Below are positions 9,925 to 19,029 of a stretch of 64,000 nucleotides of DNA, piece after piece (position 1 is the first letter of the stretch; every line of letters starts with the position of its first letter). Position numbers and translations under genes: made by a program. Location of the stretch: assembly GCA_963699545.1 (NCBI GenBank), contig CAVOUE010000003.1:352001-416000 (forward strand), given 5' to 3'. The stretch comes from Nitrospirota bacterium (GTDB lineage Bacteria; Nitrospirota; Thermodesulfovibrionia; Thermodesulfovibrionales; UBA9159). Below the pieces are notes generated by a model that saw only the letters and a program-made list of their open reading frames with translations, had not been told where the DNA came from and did no database searches.

Positions 9925-10139
9925 TCAGGAAGATATTTTTCTTTACTGGGCTCATAGGAATAATTGTAACCGAAGGAGGGGATGAAGAGAAGTGAGGAAG
10001 GGCTTTCCCGCTCTCCTGCTGACCGATTCTACCTCATATGAAGAAATTTGGGATAAAGTGGAAATGGAGGGGGCAGGGGTTCACGGCTTTTGGACGGAAT
10101 TGTATTAATTAACGAAGTTATGAAATTGAGATGCTGAAA
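9925..10139. repeat. Intergenic repeat family, copy 2, including the duplicated first 10 codons of the NTPase gene
   Basis: 9925-9999 identical to 7745-7819, then divergent similarity. Confidence 0.85.
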
Positions 10140-10179
10140 TATTAGCTCTCAGTGTATTAGAGCAGTTATGAAGACACTG

Positions 10180-10785
10180 TCAAGTGGGAGATCCCTCCGA
10201 CCGAGGCTCAGATAGCTCTTTTGCGAGTTTTTTCAGTTCTCTGAGTAGACTGGCTAAGGCGTCAAATTGTATGGATTTATCAGCGATGGAAACTCCATCT
10301 CCGCTTTGAGTCAGCATAAGCATGGGCATTCTACCTCTGACAAACCTGCCGTCCGCTATCATTTCATCCATATGCTCGACTATGTCTCGGATGTCAACGA
10401 AGGCTTTGGTATAACTGTTGATAATCTTTCTGGTTGTTCGAGGGATTGCTGGGCTTCCTTTATGACTTTTCAACCTGTCAATGAAGCGCAATGCACGCCT
10501 GACACTATGGATGCAAGTTTCCATATGTGCGACTGACCGGAAAAGAGCAGATAGGGGCAACAGTGCACCATCTCGCAGGGTTGCTACTTGCTGAAGATAT
10601 GAAGATCGAGCCTCTTCGTATTCAAAGACAGCTTTGTCCACGATTCGAATAAGATTGTGGGCGTAAAACCAGACTTGATCGAGGTCTTGCCTCCACCTCC
10701 CGATAAAAATGTTGAGGACGGTATCAGGCATTAGCGGCTCGTTGATAGAAGATAAATCGGGCATTTTAAGTTTAAGAGTGGCCAT
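10180..10785 (-). CDS. Hypothetical helical protein, candidate HEPN-like RNase
   Basis: R-x4-H motif (RDIVEH) in the C-terminal half of a helical-looking sequence. Confidence 0.5.
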   Translation of the reverse strand: MATLKLKMPDLSSINEPLMPDTVLNIFIGRWRQDLDQVWFYAHNLIRIVDKAVFEYEEARSSYLQQVATLRDGALLPLSALFRSVAHMETCIHSVRRALRFIDRLKSHKGSPAIPRTTRKIINSYTKAFVDIRDIVEHMDEMIADGRFVRGRMPMLMLTQSGDGVSIADKSIQFDALASLLRELKKLAKELSEPRSEGSPT

Positions 10786-10802
10786 TCGTCTGCTTTTTTT
10801 CT

Positions 10803-11027
10803 TTAATCGAAGCTATTTTCGTTGGGGGCGTGAGCGTTCAGCAAGTCAATTATTTCGTCCAGTTTGTCATTCATGGCCTCAAAGAATTGAGCTATAGTTG
10901 ACAGAATATACATGCCAAAAATGGCAGCAACATATAGCCGCCAAGGGTCAGGTAGTTGTGAGACGACTGCGAGGCCGAGGAAGAATACTATAAATTTCCA
11001 CCAACCTGCTTTTCTGATCTTTCCCAT
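10803..11027 (-). CDS. Small membrane protein with two transmembrane helices
   Basis: AAGGAGG RBS, two hydrophobic segments. Confidence 0.65.
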   Translation of the reverse strand: MGKIRKAGWWKFIVFFLGLAVVSQLPDPWRLYVAAIFGMYILSTIAQFFEAMNDKLDEIIDLLNAHAPNENSFD

Positions 11028-11151
11028 GCTCCCTCCTTATGCTCGAAGTTGTAGTGAACTCGGTGATGGTTGATCCATTTCTCTTCAAGTTTTTGTTTGA
11101 AATGTACAACTTCTGCGAAGTTCTGTCAACGAGAAGCAGACTATCTTGGAA

Positions 11152-11198
11152 AATTCGGGATAAAGTGGAAGGGGCAAGGGTTTACTGCGTTGGATGGC
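11152..11198. repeat. Intergenic repeat family, copy 3 (partial)
   Basis: gggataaagtggaaggggcaagggtttac resembles segments near 10050-10085 and 7870-7903. Confidence 0.65.
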
Positions 11199-11408
11199 GT
11201 ATCGTTGGTAAATCAGCTTATGTCTCTGAGACGTTGAGGACACCGACAAGTCGAGAGTTCATACGAAACCAAACTATGGCGGATTTCTGAAAGAAATTTA
11301 CGGTAACATCAGCAATCAGTCAGCCGACGGCCCTGCGGGTTGGCGACATTGCATTAGATCTCCGTAGTTCTTTTTGTTTTTCTTGGCAACGCCGCTATTG
11401 ACCATTTG

Positions 11409-13400
11409 CTAGGCAGGATTGGTTTTACCCTCCAGCCACTTACGGAAGCGCTTCGTTAACGCTATCTCTATTTGTGCACGCGTCTCTCCAACGTGACGCA
11501 GTACTCCAGCCAACTCAAGAAGAACGAAGACTACCACGCTAAGTCCGATGAAGATTCCAAAGGGGCCGCTATGAAACGGATGCATAACAATGAGCGCCAC
11601 CGCACCTGTCACAATGAAAATGGCCACTCCCCACTGCAATATATAGGACAGGCCTCTTGCCCAACTGCGGGCGCGGCCCTCCATTACGAGAGCCTGCTTC
11701 CGGGCACGTTCCGCAGATTCTCGATCAACAGTGTCTGCGCGTGCGATTGCCTCACGCTCCCTTGCTTGAGAGGCGGCAAGTTTATTTTCGTAATCTTCCG
11801 TTATTGTACGAACTCGGTCTTCAGCCTTTGCGGCGTAGCCCTCCCTGACTCTTTCGACAACTTCGTCCAAAGACGTTGCATCAATATCTTTGGAAGTGTC
11901 GTTTTCAAGCTCGGCATCTCTCAGTAGTCTATCTGACATCGAGGAAACGAGAATCGCTGTAACCTCATCGGAGTTAAGCCTATTAGATTCCTGTAATCTG
12001 TCAAGATGACGTAGAAACCTTCTCCATGTTCTCTGTGACGGCCGCAATGCAACGGAGCAGAGAGCCACGAGTTCCTGAACCTTGAGGTTCACGGCAAGAG
12101 ACGGCTTCTTCAGCCAAGCTATATTAGTGAGTGCCCGGATGTGCACAACTGGCGGAACTCCAGTTTCATGCTCATCTTCTTCCCACCAAAGTCTTGTGTT
12201 GAGAATAACGCGGGGAGAAGAGGTAGCGAAGATTGCTTTTGCGTCGTCCAGGCTTGAAGAACGGTGACCCTTCCGAAGAGTTATAGTTGCCGCGACACAG
12301 TCAACATCATGGAAAACCCGTGGCTCAAATTCGTCCTTTTTAGTCGGATCAGCAAGCCTGGCCGCGAGAGCTTTTTCTCCTGAGGTGTATTTATGTACAT
12401 GGGTTGGTGTTTGCATAATTTGGAATCCACTCGAACGGACTTCAATTTTTAACAGGGCTGACATCTCACGGACATCGCTTACCGAGTATTGCTGAGTAAG
12501 GAAATGTCGAGACATGGGGTCAGCTCGCAGCGATCGACGGCCTTCTGACGTGGCTAACCGGACTTCGAACATTGCGAGAATTCGCTGGATTTCCTGAATC
12601 GTCTTATCGAGGACTAGACATTGAACTCCATTCGCCTTTAGAACATCAACGCTTTCTCTCACGAGGGTTTGCATTGCCGTGCCCTCATAGCCAAGCGCTT
12701 GCCGAACAATGTTGCTGTCAAAAATCACGAGTAAATCCTTAAAGCGATGAGTTATTCTACTCATATCAGGCAGAAAAGCGGCGTGGTAAAGGACTAGCCC
12801 TTCGAGCATCTCACGAAGGATCTTTGCCAAAGTCGGGTCTTGATAAACACAATCGCAGATGAATGCGGCAATAGCATTCCGCTCTCTTTGCCCTCCACTT
12901 CTTGTCTCTGACAGTTTAGGAGTGCCTTCAATCAGCATTCCAACCTGCTCTTCATCGAGGAAGCTGAGCAGCATCTCCAGTGCAGCGTCTTCTGTTTCGA
13001 TTGTTATCCCGAACTTCTCGGAATAGAGTTGCAGAGCCCTTCCGAGGCGACGTTGCTCAGCTTCAATCTGTGATTTGCCACTAGCTACGTTTATCTGTGG
13101 AAGAGCTTGATTTGGATTCCGTTGATATCGACCTGCGTCACGCAGAAGGATTTTCTTTTTGATGAGTCGCTGTAACAGCGTCGTCATTGTTTGTATTGGC
13201 ATAGCGATTCCATGCCGCGTAGCCAGTGCTTCCTGTATTTCGCTGGCAATGAAGCTTCCGTTGAATTGCGTGATAACGTCGATAATCAGAGGAATGAAAA
13301 TACCCAAGTGATCGTTGCCCTCATCGAGCAGTGCTTTCAGATAGGCAACCGTCACCAACGCACCAGGTCGAGTTCTGAGATCCTCTATTGTTGTAGGCAT
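11409..13400 (-). CDS. Large hypothetical protein with PIN-like motifs, coiled coil and two C-terminal transmembrane helices
   Basis: VIFDSNIV, TIQEI and FHDVD acidic motifs; AGGAGG RBS; hydrophobic C-terminus. Confidence 0.6.
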   Translation of the reverse strand: MPTTIEDLRTRPGALVTVAYLKALLDEGNDHLGIFIPLIIDVITQFNGSFIASEIQEALATRHGIAMPIQTMTTLLQRLIKKKILLRDAGRYQRNPNQALPQINVASGKSQIEAEQRRLGRALQLYSEKFGITIETEDAALEMLLSFLDEEQVGMLIEGTPKLSETRSGGQRERNAIAAFICDCVYQDPTLAKILREMLEGLVLYHAAFLPDMSRITHRFKDLLVIFDSNIVRQALGYEGTAMQTLVRESVDVLKANGVQCLVLDKTIQEIQRILAMFEVRLATSEGRRSLRADPMSRHFLTQQYSVSDVREMSALLKIEVRSSGFQIMQTPTHVHKYTSGEKALAARLADPTKKDEFEPRVFHDVDCVAATITLRKGHRSSSLDDAKAIFATSSPRVILNTRLWWEEDEHETGVPPVVHIRALTNIAWLKKPSLAVNLKVQELVALCSVALRPSQRTWRRFLRHLDRLQESNRLNSDEVTAILVSSMSDRLLRDAELENDTSKDIDATSLDEVVERVREGYAAKAEDRVRTITEDYENKLAASQAREREAIARADTVDRESAERARKQALVMEGRARSWARGLSYILQWGVAIFIVTGAVALIVMHPFHSGPFGIFIGLSVVVFVLLELAGVLRHVGETRAQIEIALTKRFRKWLEGKTNPA

Positions 13401-13674
13401 TCGCCGATATCCTCCTAATCTACTGCAACGTTATCTGACTTCATAGAACGCAACATCTTGTATGTATAAGTTTGATTTAACATAGATTAGACGGATTCTC
13501 TTATATCATAGATTCCGTATAGCATCTATATATGCCGCACTTGGCCCATTTTTTGGCTTTTAATGTGGATAGCGCAATGTCCCCAAAGGCGACTACCATT
13601 AATAACTTACACTTTTTCGAACATTTTGAAAAGCGCGGACTTCGGGAAGGAACGATTTCTGGCGAGGGAGGCGG

Positions 13675-13776
13675 GACCCTACCGCTCTCCCGCTGACCGA
13701 GCCAGAAGGGGGAGGACAGGCGCAAAGGGCGTGCCCTGCGCGTGGCCTCCCCTAGGATTGTCATATAGGCCATATC
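13675..13776. repeat. Intergenic repeat family, copy 4
   Basis: 13675-13703 matches 7821-7849 at 27 of 29 positions; 13731-13776 closely matches 7979-8023. Confidence 0.8.
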
Positions 13777-13823
13777 TCAACGAGAGATTTGCCAGGGCGA
13801 GCACGTCTCTTAATTGAGTCGAT

Positions 13824-14226
13824 CTATAGCCCGTTTTTTTGAAGGCTCTTAAGAGTTTGCCAGGTGTTGCTGCCTGGCAGACGGCACTGCCAAAAGATCA
13901 ACCCATTTACGGAGGTGCCAGTGATCGAATGAGCTGCAGCTGATGGAGAACTTGAATCTATCGCCATTTGCGACCAATGAACCGTTGTCGACCTTGCCCT
14001 CATAAAGTTTCCCCTTGTGAGGTGCTCTGAGTTCGGTGCCATGGGGGAGAGTAATACCTCTGGAAACCCAGGGGATGCCATTAAGCTTGGCGGGTTCTTT
14101 CGTCTTTGCTAACAAAGGTAGTTCAAGGACGCGTCTAAGAACACTGTTATAGGTGTCGGCGTCATCCGTGAGTAAACTTGTCAGCTTCTTGTAGACATCG
14201 AAATCAATCGGTATGGTTGTGTACAT
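13824..14226 (-). CDS. RAMA/DUF4357-like modified-DNA reader protein (frameshift near 13955)
   Basis: LPHGTELRA..KGKLYEGKV in one frame and SPSAAAHSITGTSVNGLIFW in the next. Confidence 0.65.
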
Positions 14227-14274
14227 TGTCTTATCCTCCTTAATGTAATATATAGCGCTCAGCACTATAAGTTA

Positions 14275-14303
14275 ATAATAGCAGTAAACGGAGATGATGT
14301 CAA
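14275..14303 (-). promoter_or_regulatory. Sigma70-type promoter
   Basis: TTGACA-17 bp-TATTAT upstream of the 14226 start; imperfect inverted repeat at 14251-14269. Confidence 0.7.
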
Positions 14304-14580
14304 GAAAAAAATGCGGGGAAGATTGTCTCCAGCTTATGGCACTACGGCTCGACGCGGGTCTTATTGCAGGGAAAGCGGTTTTCCTGCAATAACGGCGCAT
14401 GTTATTGCGATCTGGAGAAATTAGATTCGCTCAGCGTCAAGAAGATTGACGGGCGGCTGGACATCTGGAATAAAAAGGGGATTACGGAATCCCGTAACCC
14501 CTTGAAACGGATCGTGAGCGCATTCCCGCAGCTTTCTGCGGGGTGAGTGAGGGAATATAATAAGGACAATTCCCTGCGTT

Positions 14581-14613
14581 AAGATACCCTGCGGTTTCGC
14601 CGCAGGGTATCTT
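14581..14613. repeat. Perfect 14-bp inverted repeat next to the tRNA-Arg 3' end
   Basis: aagataccctgcgg-tttcg-ccgcagggtatctt. Confidence 0.75.
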
Positions 14614-14623
14614 CATTTTAAAG

Positions 14624-14697
14624 TACCCCCTGCAGGAATTGAACCTGCGACACCAGGTTTAGGAAACCTGTGCTCTATCCAACTGAGCTAAGGGGGC
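14624..14697 (-). tRNA. tRNA-Arg(CCT)
   Basis: Cloverleaf, anticodon arm caggt-tt-CCT-aa-acctg; CCA not fully encoded. Confidence 0.95.
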
Positions 14698-14746
14698 GAA
14701 AGAAAGCTGAGAGCTTACAGCTGTCAGCTTACCGCAAATCAAAGAC

Positions 14747-15202
14747 CTAAGACTCCAGAATCTCGAAGACCTTCTTCACTGCGTCTTCTGCATTATCTGC
14801 CGGTATGACACCCTTGATGTCCCATGTTTCTATGCCGACTACGGGCTTTCCCATCTGGAGTGCAAAGGCTATCTCTGAAAGTGTTCCATACTCACCACCG
14901 ACGGCGATAACAGCATCCGCAGTGCGCGCTATAATAACATTTCTGCCGATTCCCAGTCCAGTTACTATGGGGATATCAATATACGCGTTTACGTCCCTCT
15001 TATGGTCCTGGGGAAGTATTCCGACGGTGAGACCTCCCTCTGTCCTGGCCCCTCTTGAGACCGCCTCCATGACGCCGGTGAGACCGCCGCAGACAACCAC
15101 GGCATCTCTTCCGGCAATCAATCGGCCGACCTGTTCAGCCTCCCTCAGAAGTCTTTTCTCGACCTTCCGTCCGCCGATCACTGATATCAGTTTCCTTGAC
15201 AT
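14747..15202 (-). CDS. LOG-family protein (TIGR00725-like)
   Basis: VCGGLTGVMEAV, RNVII, GGEYGTLSEIAFAL. Confidence 0.88.
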   Translation of the reverse strand: MSRKLISVIGGRKVEKRLLREAEQVGRLIAGRDAVVVCGGLTGVMEAVSRGARTEGGLTVGILPQDHKRDVNAYIDIPIVTGLGIGRNVIIARTADAVIAVGGEYGTLSEIAFALQMGKPVVGIETWDIKGVIPADNAEDAVKKVFEILES

Positions 15203-15212
15203 GGACACCATT

Positions 15213-15482
15213 TTACCTCTTATGTTTTCTCCTATCAAGGACTTCAGCGAGGAGGGGAAAGAGCAGGGAACCTCCAGGCAGGAAGAAGACTGCCATGACA
15301 GGAACGGCCCCCGATATGCCCCGCAGGTGGCCCTTCAGTTCACGCTTCTCCTCTCTTGTCCACGGAAGGCCTGTGTTCCGATGCTTCATGAGGAGCTGCA
15401 TAAGTCCCCGGACCTCAAGGACTTCCTTCAGGATGAACTCCCTGTTACCGGTGATGAGCCTTTTGATGTAGTTCAGCAGCAT
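15213..15482 (-). CDS. Hypothetical protein
   Basis: 89-aa ORF with LMKHRNTG..WT and LPGGSLLFP; RBS present. Confidence 0.65.
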   Translation of the reverse strand: MLLNYIKRLITGNREFILKEVLEVRGLMQLLMKHRNTGLPWTREEKRELKGHLRGISGAVPVMAVFFLPGGSLLFPLLAEVLDRRKHKR

Positions 15483-15522
15483 CTCCCCCTGAATGTACCA
15501 GGACAGTGAAAGAAAGAAGAGA

Positions 15523-15599
<77 letters not shown>

Positions 15600-15648
15600 A
15601 TAGTGAGTCCCCCAAAAGTCCGCCGACTTTTCGAGGACTCCAGCCCAA

Positions 15649-15746
15649 TGGCGGGAGCGTGTGGGAATCGAACCCACCCTGCCCGCTTTTGGCAGGCAAC
15701 ACTGGATTTGAAGTCCAGGAGGGACACCAGAACCCTATGCGCTCCC
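15649..15746 (-). tRNA. selC: tRNA-Sec(TCA)
   Basis: 98 nt, anticodon arm ctgga-ct-TCA-aa-tccag, long variable arm, GCCA end. Confidence 0.93.
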
Positions 15747-15993
15747 AGGCATACATAATACTGCATTTGCCGATGTCCTGGCAACTACGGTTTTTTGCGG
15801 GAATCGTGAGTGGCGTGAAAATATTGCGAAACGATTATAAAAGAAAGGCGGATAGAAACGAGCGGTTTAGCTGAAAGCCGAACCGGAGGCCAAATTACAG
15901 AATGAGTCGGTTCAAATCCCTGTTGTTGAACAGCCCATCTTGCCGGTAGTGCGGCTCCGGGTCTTCTCCCTGGCAGGCCCGGGAAGCACTACG

Positions 15994-17277
15994 CTACTTT
16001 TTTCCGAGGGCTCTTTCCACGGTCTTTATGGCGCAGAACTCCCCGCACATGCTGCATACCTCCGCGACAGAGGGAGGAACCTGTCCTCTCCACTCCCTCA
16101 CTCTGTCAGGGTCAAAGCTAAGGGACATCTGTCCTTCCCAGTCGAGGTTCTTCCTGCACTGAGCCATCTTCCTGTCTTTCTCGATGGCGCCGGGTATCCC
16201 TTTCGCAATATCTGCAGCGTGCGCCGCTATCTTTGAAGCGATCACCCCCTCTCTCACGTCGTCAATGTTGGGGAGGCGTATATGCTCGGCAGGAGTCACA
16301 TAGCAAAGGAAGTCAGCACCTGCGGCACCTGCAATGGCGCCTCCTATGGCTGCGGAGATATGGTCATAGCCCATCCCGATATCGGTAACCAGGGGACCGA
16401 GCACATAAAAGGGTGCGCCTTTGCAGATCTCTTTCTGCAGTTTTATGTTCAGTTCCACCTGGTTCAGAGGAACATGTCCGGGACCCTCTATGATCGCCTG
16501 GACACCGGCAGCAAGGGCTCTGTCTCTCAGTTCACCAAGGGTGACCAGCTCTTCGATCTGGCTTCTGTCCGTTGCATCCGCGAGGCAGCCGGGCCTGAAT
16601 CCGTCCCCCAGGCTCAAAGTCAGGTCATACTTTCTCGCCATCTCCAGGAGCCTGTCATACTGTTCAAAAAGGGGATTTTCCCTGTCATTATAGATCATCC
16701 ATTCAAGGAGAAAAGCCCCCCCTCTGCTCACAACGTCGAGGATCCTTCTGTCTTCCTTCAGCCTCTCTATTGCCTTCCGCGTGACACCGCAGTGGACTGT
16801 CACAAAATCCACGCCGTCCTTTGCATGTCCCTCGATCACCTCGAACAGCTTATCGGGACTCATCTCTGCGATATGTCCGTGCCTTTCGGTCGTACTCACC
16901 ACGGCTTCGTAGATGGGGACTGTCCCGACAGCAACAGGAGACTTCTTAATGAGCGTGTTTCTTAAATCTTTAATAGCGCCTCCCGTGGAGAGGTCCATGA
17001 CCGCATCAGCCCCATATTTCGCCAGGACTTCAAGCTTCTTTATCTCCTCATCATAGGAAACCCTGTCTTTTGATGTGCCGATATTTGCATTGATCTTCGT
17101 CCTCAGCCCCCTGCCGATCCCGAGGGGGGTGATATCATGGAACACGTTTCTGGTGATAACGGTTACCCCTTCAGCAATGTCGGACGCAAGCTTCTGAGCG
17201 GAGGTGCCTTCGGCCTGTGCAACCGCCTCCATCTCTGCGGTAACGATCCCTTTTCTTGCCAGTTCTATCCTTGTCAT
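15994..17277 (-). CDS. thiC: Phosphomethylpyrimidine synthase ThiC
   Basis: KINANIGTS, VMDLSTGG, VSRGG, EGPGH, CSMCGEFC. Confidence 0.96.
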   Translation of the reverse strand: MTRIELARKGIVTAEMEAVAQAEGTSAQKLASDIAEGVTVITRNVFHDITPLGIGRGLRTKINANIGTSKDRVSYDEEIKKLEVLAKYGADAVMDLSTGGAIKDLRNTLIKKSPVAVGTVPIYEAVVSTTERHGHIAEMSPDKLFEVIEGHAKDGVDFVTVHCGVTRKAIERLKEDRRILDVVSRGGAFLLEWMIYNDRENPLFEQYDRLLEMARKYDLTLSLGDGFRPGCLADATDRSQIEELVTLGELRDRALAAGVQAIIEGPGHVPLNQVELNIKLQKEICKGAPFYVLGPLVTDIGMGYDHISAAIGGAIAGAAGADFLCYVTPAEHIRLPNIDDVREGVIASKIAAHAADIAKGIPGAIEKDRKMAQCRKNLDWEGQMSLSFDPDRVREWRGQVPPSVAEVCSMCGEFCAIKTVERALGKK

Positions 17278-17296
17278 AGTTATTCTCCTCGCCCCC

Positions 17297-17938
17297 TCAA
17301 GAGTGATGGGGATCACCCACGGTTCTTAAATACCCCTCCGTTGCCCCTTTAATATCAGCCTCGCCCAGAATGCCGCTGATCAATGCAATCCCACGGGCTC
17401 CCGCATTCATTACTTCCTTAACCCTGCCGGGGGATATGCCACCGATGCCAAAAACAGGAAGAGAGACCTGTTCACTCACCAGGTGCAAGGCCCCTATTCC
17501 TACAGGCTCTCCATATTTCCGCTTGGAGGGCGTGTCATACACAGGTCCGAAGGTGATAAAATCCGCTCCTTCCCTCTCTGCGGTGCGTGCCTCCTCGGGG
17601 TCGTGAGTCGAAGCTCCGATGAATAATCTCCTGCCCACGATCTTTCTTGCCGCACCTACAGGGATCCCCGCCCGGCCGAGGTGTACCCCGTCAGCCTCCA
17701 CGCACATGGCGACATCAACTCTCTCATTGATAAAAAGCAGTGCACGATATTGTGCGGTGACTTCTCTCAGCCTGTATGCCAGTTCAAGGAGTTCCCGTAT
17801 CGGCAGATCCTTCTCCCTCAACTGGACAGCCCTTAAGCCCGCCTTCAGCGCATCCTCCACGGCAGTGATGAGCGATGAGTGACGCGCAATGAGTTTCCGG
17901 TCGGTGATCAAATATAAATTGAAATCAACTATGTTCAC
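17297..17938 (-). CDS. thiE: Thiamine-phosphate synthase
   Basis: VQLREK, DGVHLG, GASTH, GPVYDTPSK. Confidence 0.92.
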   Translation of the reverse strand: MNIVDFNLYLITDRKLIARHSSLITAVEDALKAGLRAVQLREKDLPIRELLELAYRLREVTAQYRALLFINERVDVAMCVEADGVHLGRAGIPVGAARKIVGRRLFIGASTHDPEEARTAEREGADFITFGPVYDTPSKRKYGEPVGIGALHLVSEQVSLPVFGIGGISPGRVKEVMNAGARGIALISGILGEADIKGATEGYLRTVGDPHHS

Positions 17939-17962
17939 TCATACCTTTTGCTGGTGCGGCAG

Positions 17963-18736
17963 TTACAGCATTCCCTCTATCGGACTGCTCGCTGTGGCAT
18001 AGAGCTTTTTCGGTATCCTTCCCGCTTTGTATGCAAGCCTGCCGGCGATGACCCCATGCCGCATAGCCTCCGCCATGGACAGAGGATCCCTTGCTCCTGC
18101 GATAGCGGTGTTCATTAAGACGGCGTCGCATCCCAATTCCATAGCGAAAGTGGCATCAGAGGCCGTTCCGACTCCTGCGTCAACAATGATAGGGACCTTT
18201 GCCTGTTCGAGTATGATCTTTATGTTGTACGGGTTTCTGATCCCGAGCCCTGAACCGATGGGTGCGCCAAGGGGCATCACGGCCGCGGCGCCCGCATCCT
18301 CCAGTCTCTTCGCCATGATCGGGTCGTCATTGGTGTAAGGGAAAACAATGAAACCTTCCTTTGCCAGTATCTCCGTCGCCGTCAAAAGTCCCATGGTATC
18401 GGGAAACAAGGTCTTTTCATCCCCTATCACCTCCAGCTTCACCATGTCCGAAACCCCTGCTTCCCTTGCAAGGCGGGAGTATCTCAGGGCATCTTCAACC
18501 GTATAACAGCCGGCGGTGTTGGGAAGTATCTTGTATTTCCGCGGGTCGAGATAATCAAGAAGATTTTCGGATTTCCTGTCAGTGATGTTCACCCGCCTCA
18601 CCGCCACAGTCACCACATCCGCACCGGATGCCTCGATCACTTTTCTTGTTTCCTCGAAATCCTTGTATTTCCCGGTGCCGATCCAGAGTCTGGACCTGAA
18701 CTCTATGCCTTTAATGATCAATGTGTCTTCCATCAT
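17963..18736 (-). CDS. thiG: Thiazole synthase
   Basis: [29 protein letters not shown]. Confidence 0.96.
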   Translation of the reverse strand: MMEDTLIIKGIEFRSRLWIGTGKYKDFEETRKVIEASGADVVTVAVRRVNITDRKSENLLDYLDPRKYKILPNTAGCYTVEDALRYSRLAREAGVSDMVKLEVIGDEKTLFPDTMGLLTATEILAKEGFIVFPYTNDDPIMAKRLEDAGAAAVMPLGAPIGSGLGIRNPYNIKIILEQAKVPIIVDAGVGTASDATFAMELGCDAVLMNTAIAGARDPLSMAEAMRHGVIAGRLAYKAGRIPKKLYATASSPIEGML

Positions 18737-18944
18737 TCCTCCTGTGTTGTCCTCCACCAACAAAATAGACGATCTCTACGTTGTCACCGTCTTTGAGCCG
18801 GAAATCTTCGAGATCCCTTTTTTTGATAACCACGAGGTTCACTTCAACGGCAACCCTTTCAGGGACTATTTCCATTTCCCTTAACAACTGTGCCAGGGTA
18901 TGTCTTTCCGTGGTATATGCTTCCCCATTCACCTTCAGTTTCAT
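18711..18944 (-). CDS. thiS: Sulfur carrier protein ThiS (with C-terminal extension)
   Basis: [22 protein letters not shown] followed by 12 extra residues. Confidence 0.9.
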   Translation of the reverse strand: MKLKVNGEAYTTERHTLAQLLREMEIVPERVAVEVNLVVIKKRDLEDFRLKDGDNVEIVYFVGGGQHRRNDGRHIDH

Positions 18945-18973
18945 GTCACGCTATGTCTGCATCTTGAGCAAAT

Positions 18974-19010
18974 AAAAAATCCTCTCTCCCGAAGGTCGGG
19001 AATAGAGGAT
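18974..19010 (-). terminator. Intrinsic terminator of the riboswitch expression platform
   Basis: Minus-strand hairpin atcctct...cccga..tcggg...agaggat followed by a U tract. Confidence 0.7.
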
Positions 19011-19029
19011 CATTCTAGCACTCTTTTTC

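Noticed and set aside
11039-11290. 83-aa plus-strand ORF
   Set aside because: Overlaps repeat copy 3, has no motif and opposes the surrounding genes.
7745-13776. CRISPR array or canonical integron
   Set aside because: Repeats are long, divergent and kilobases apart with no regular spacers. No cas or intI gene and no convincing series of attC sites.
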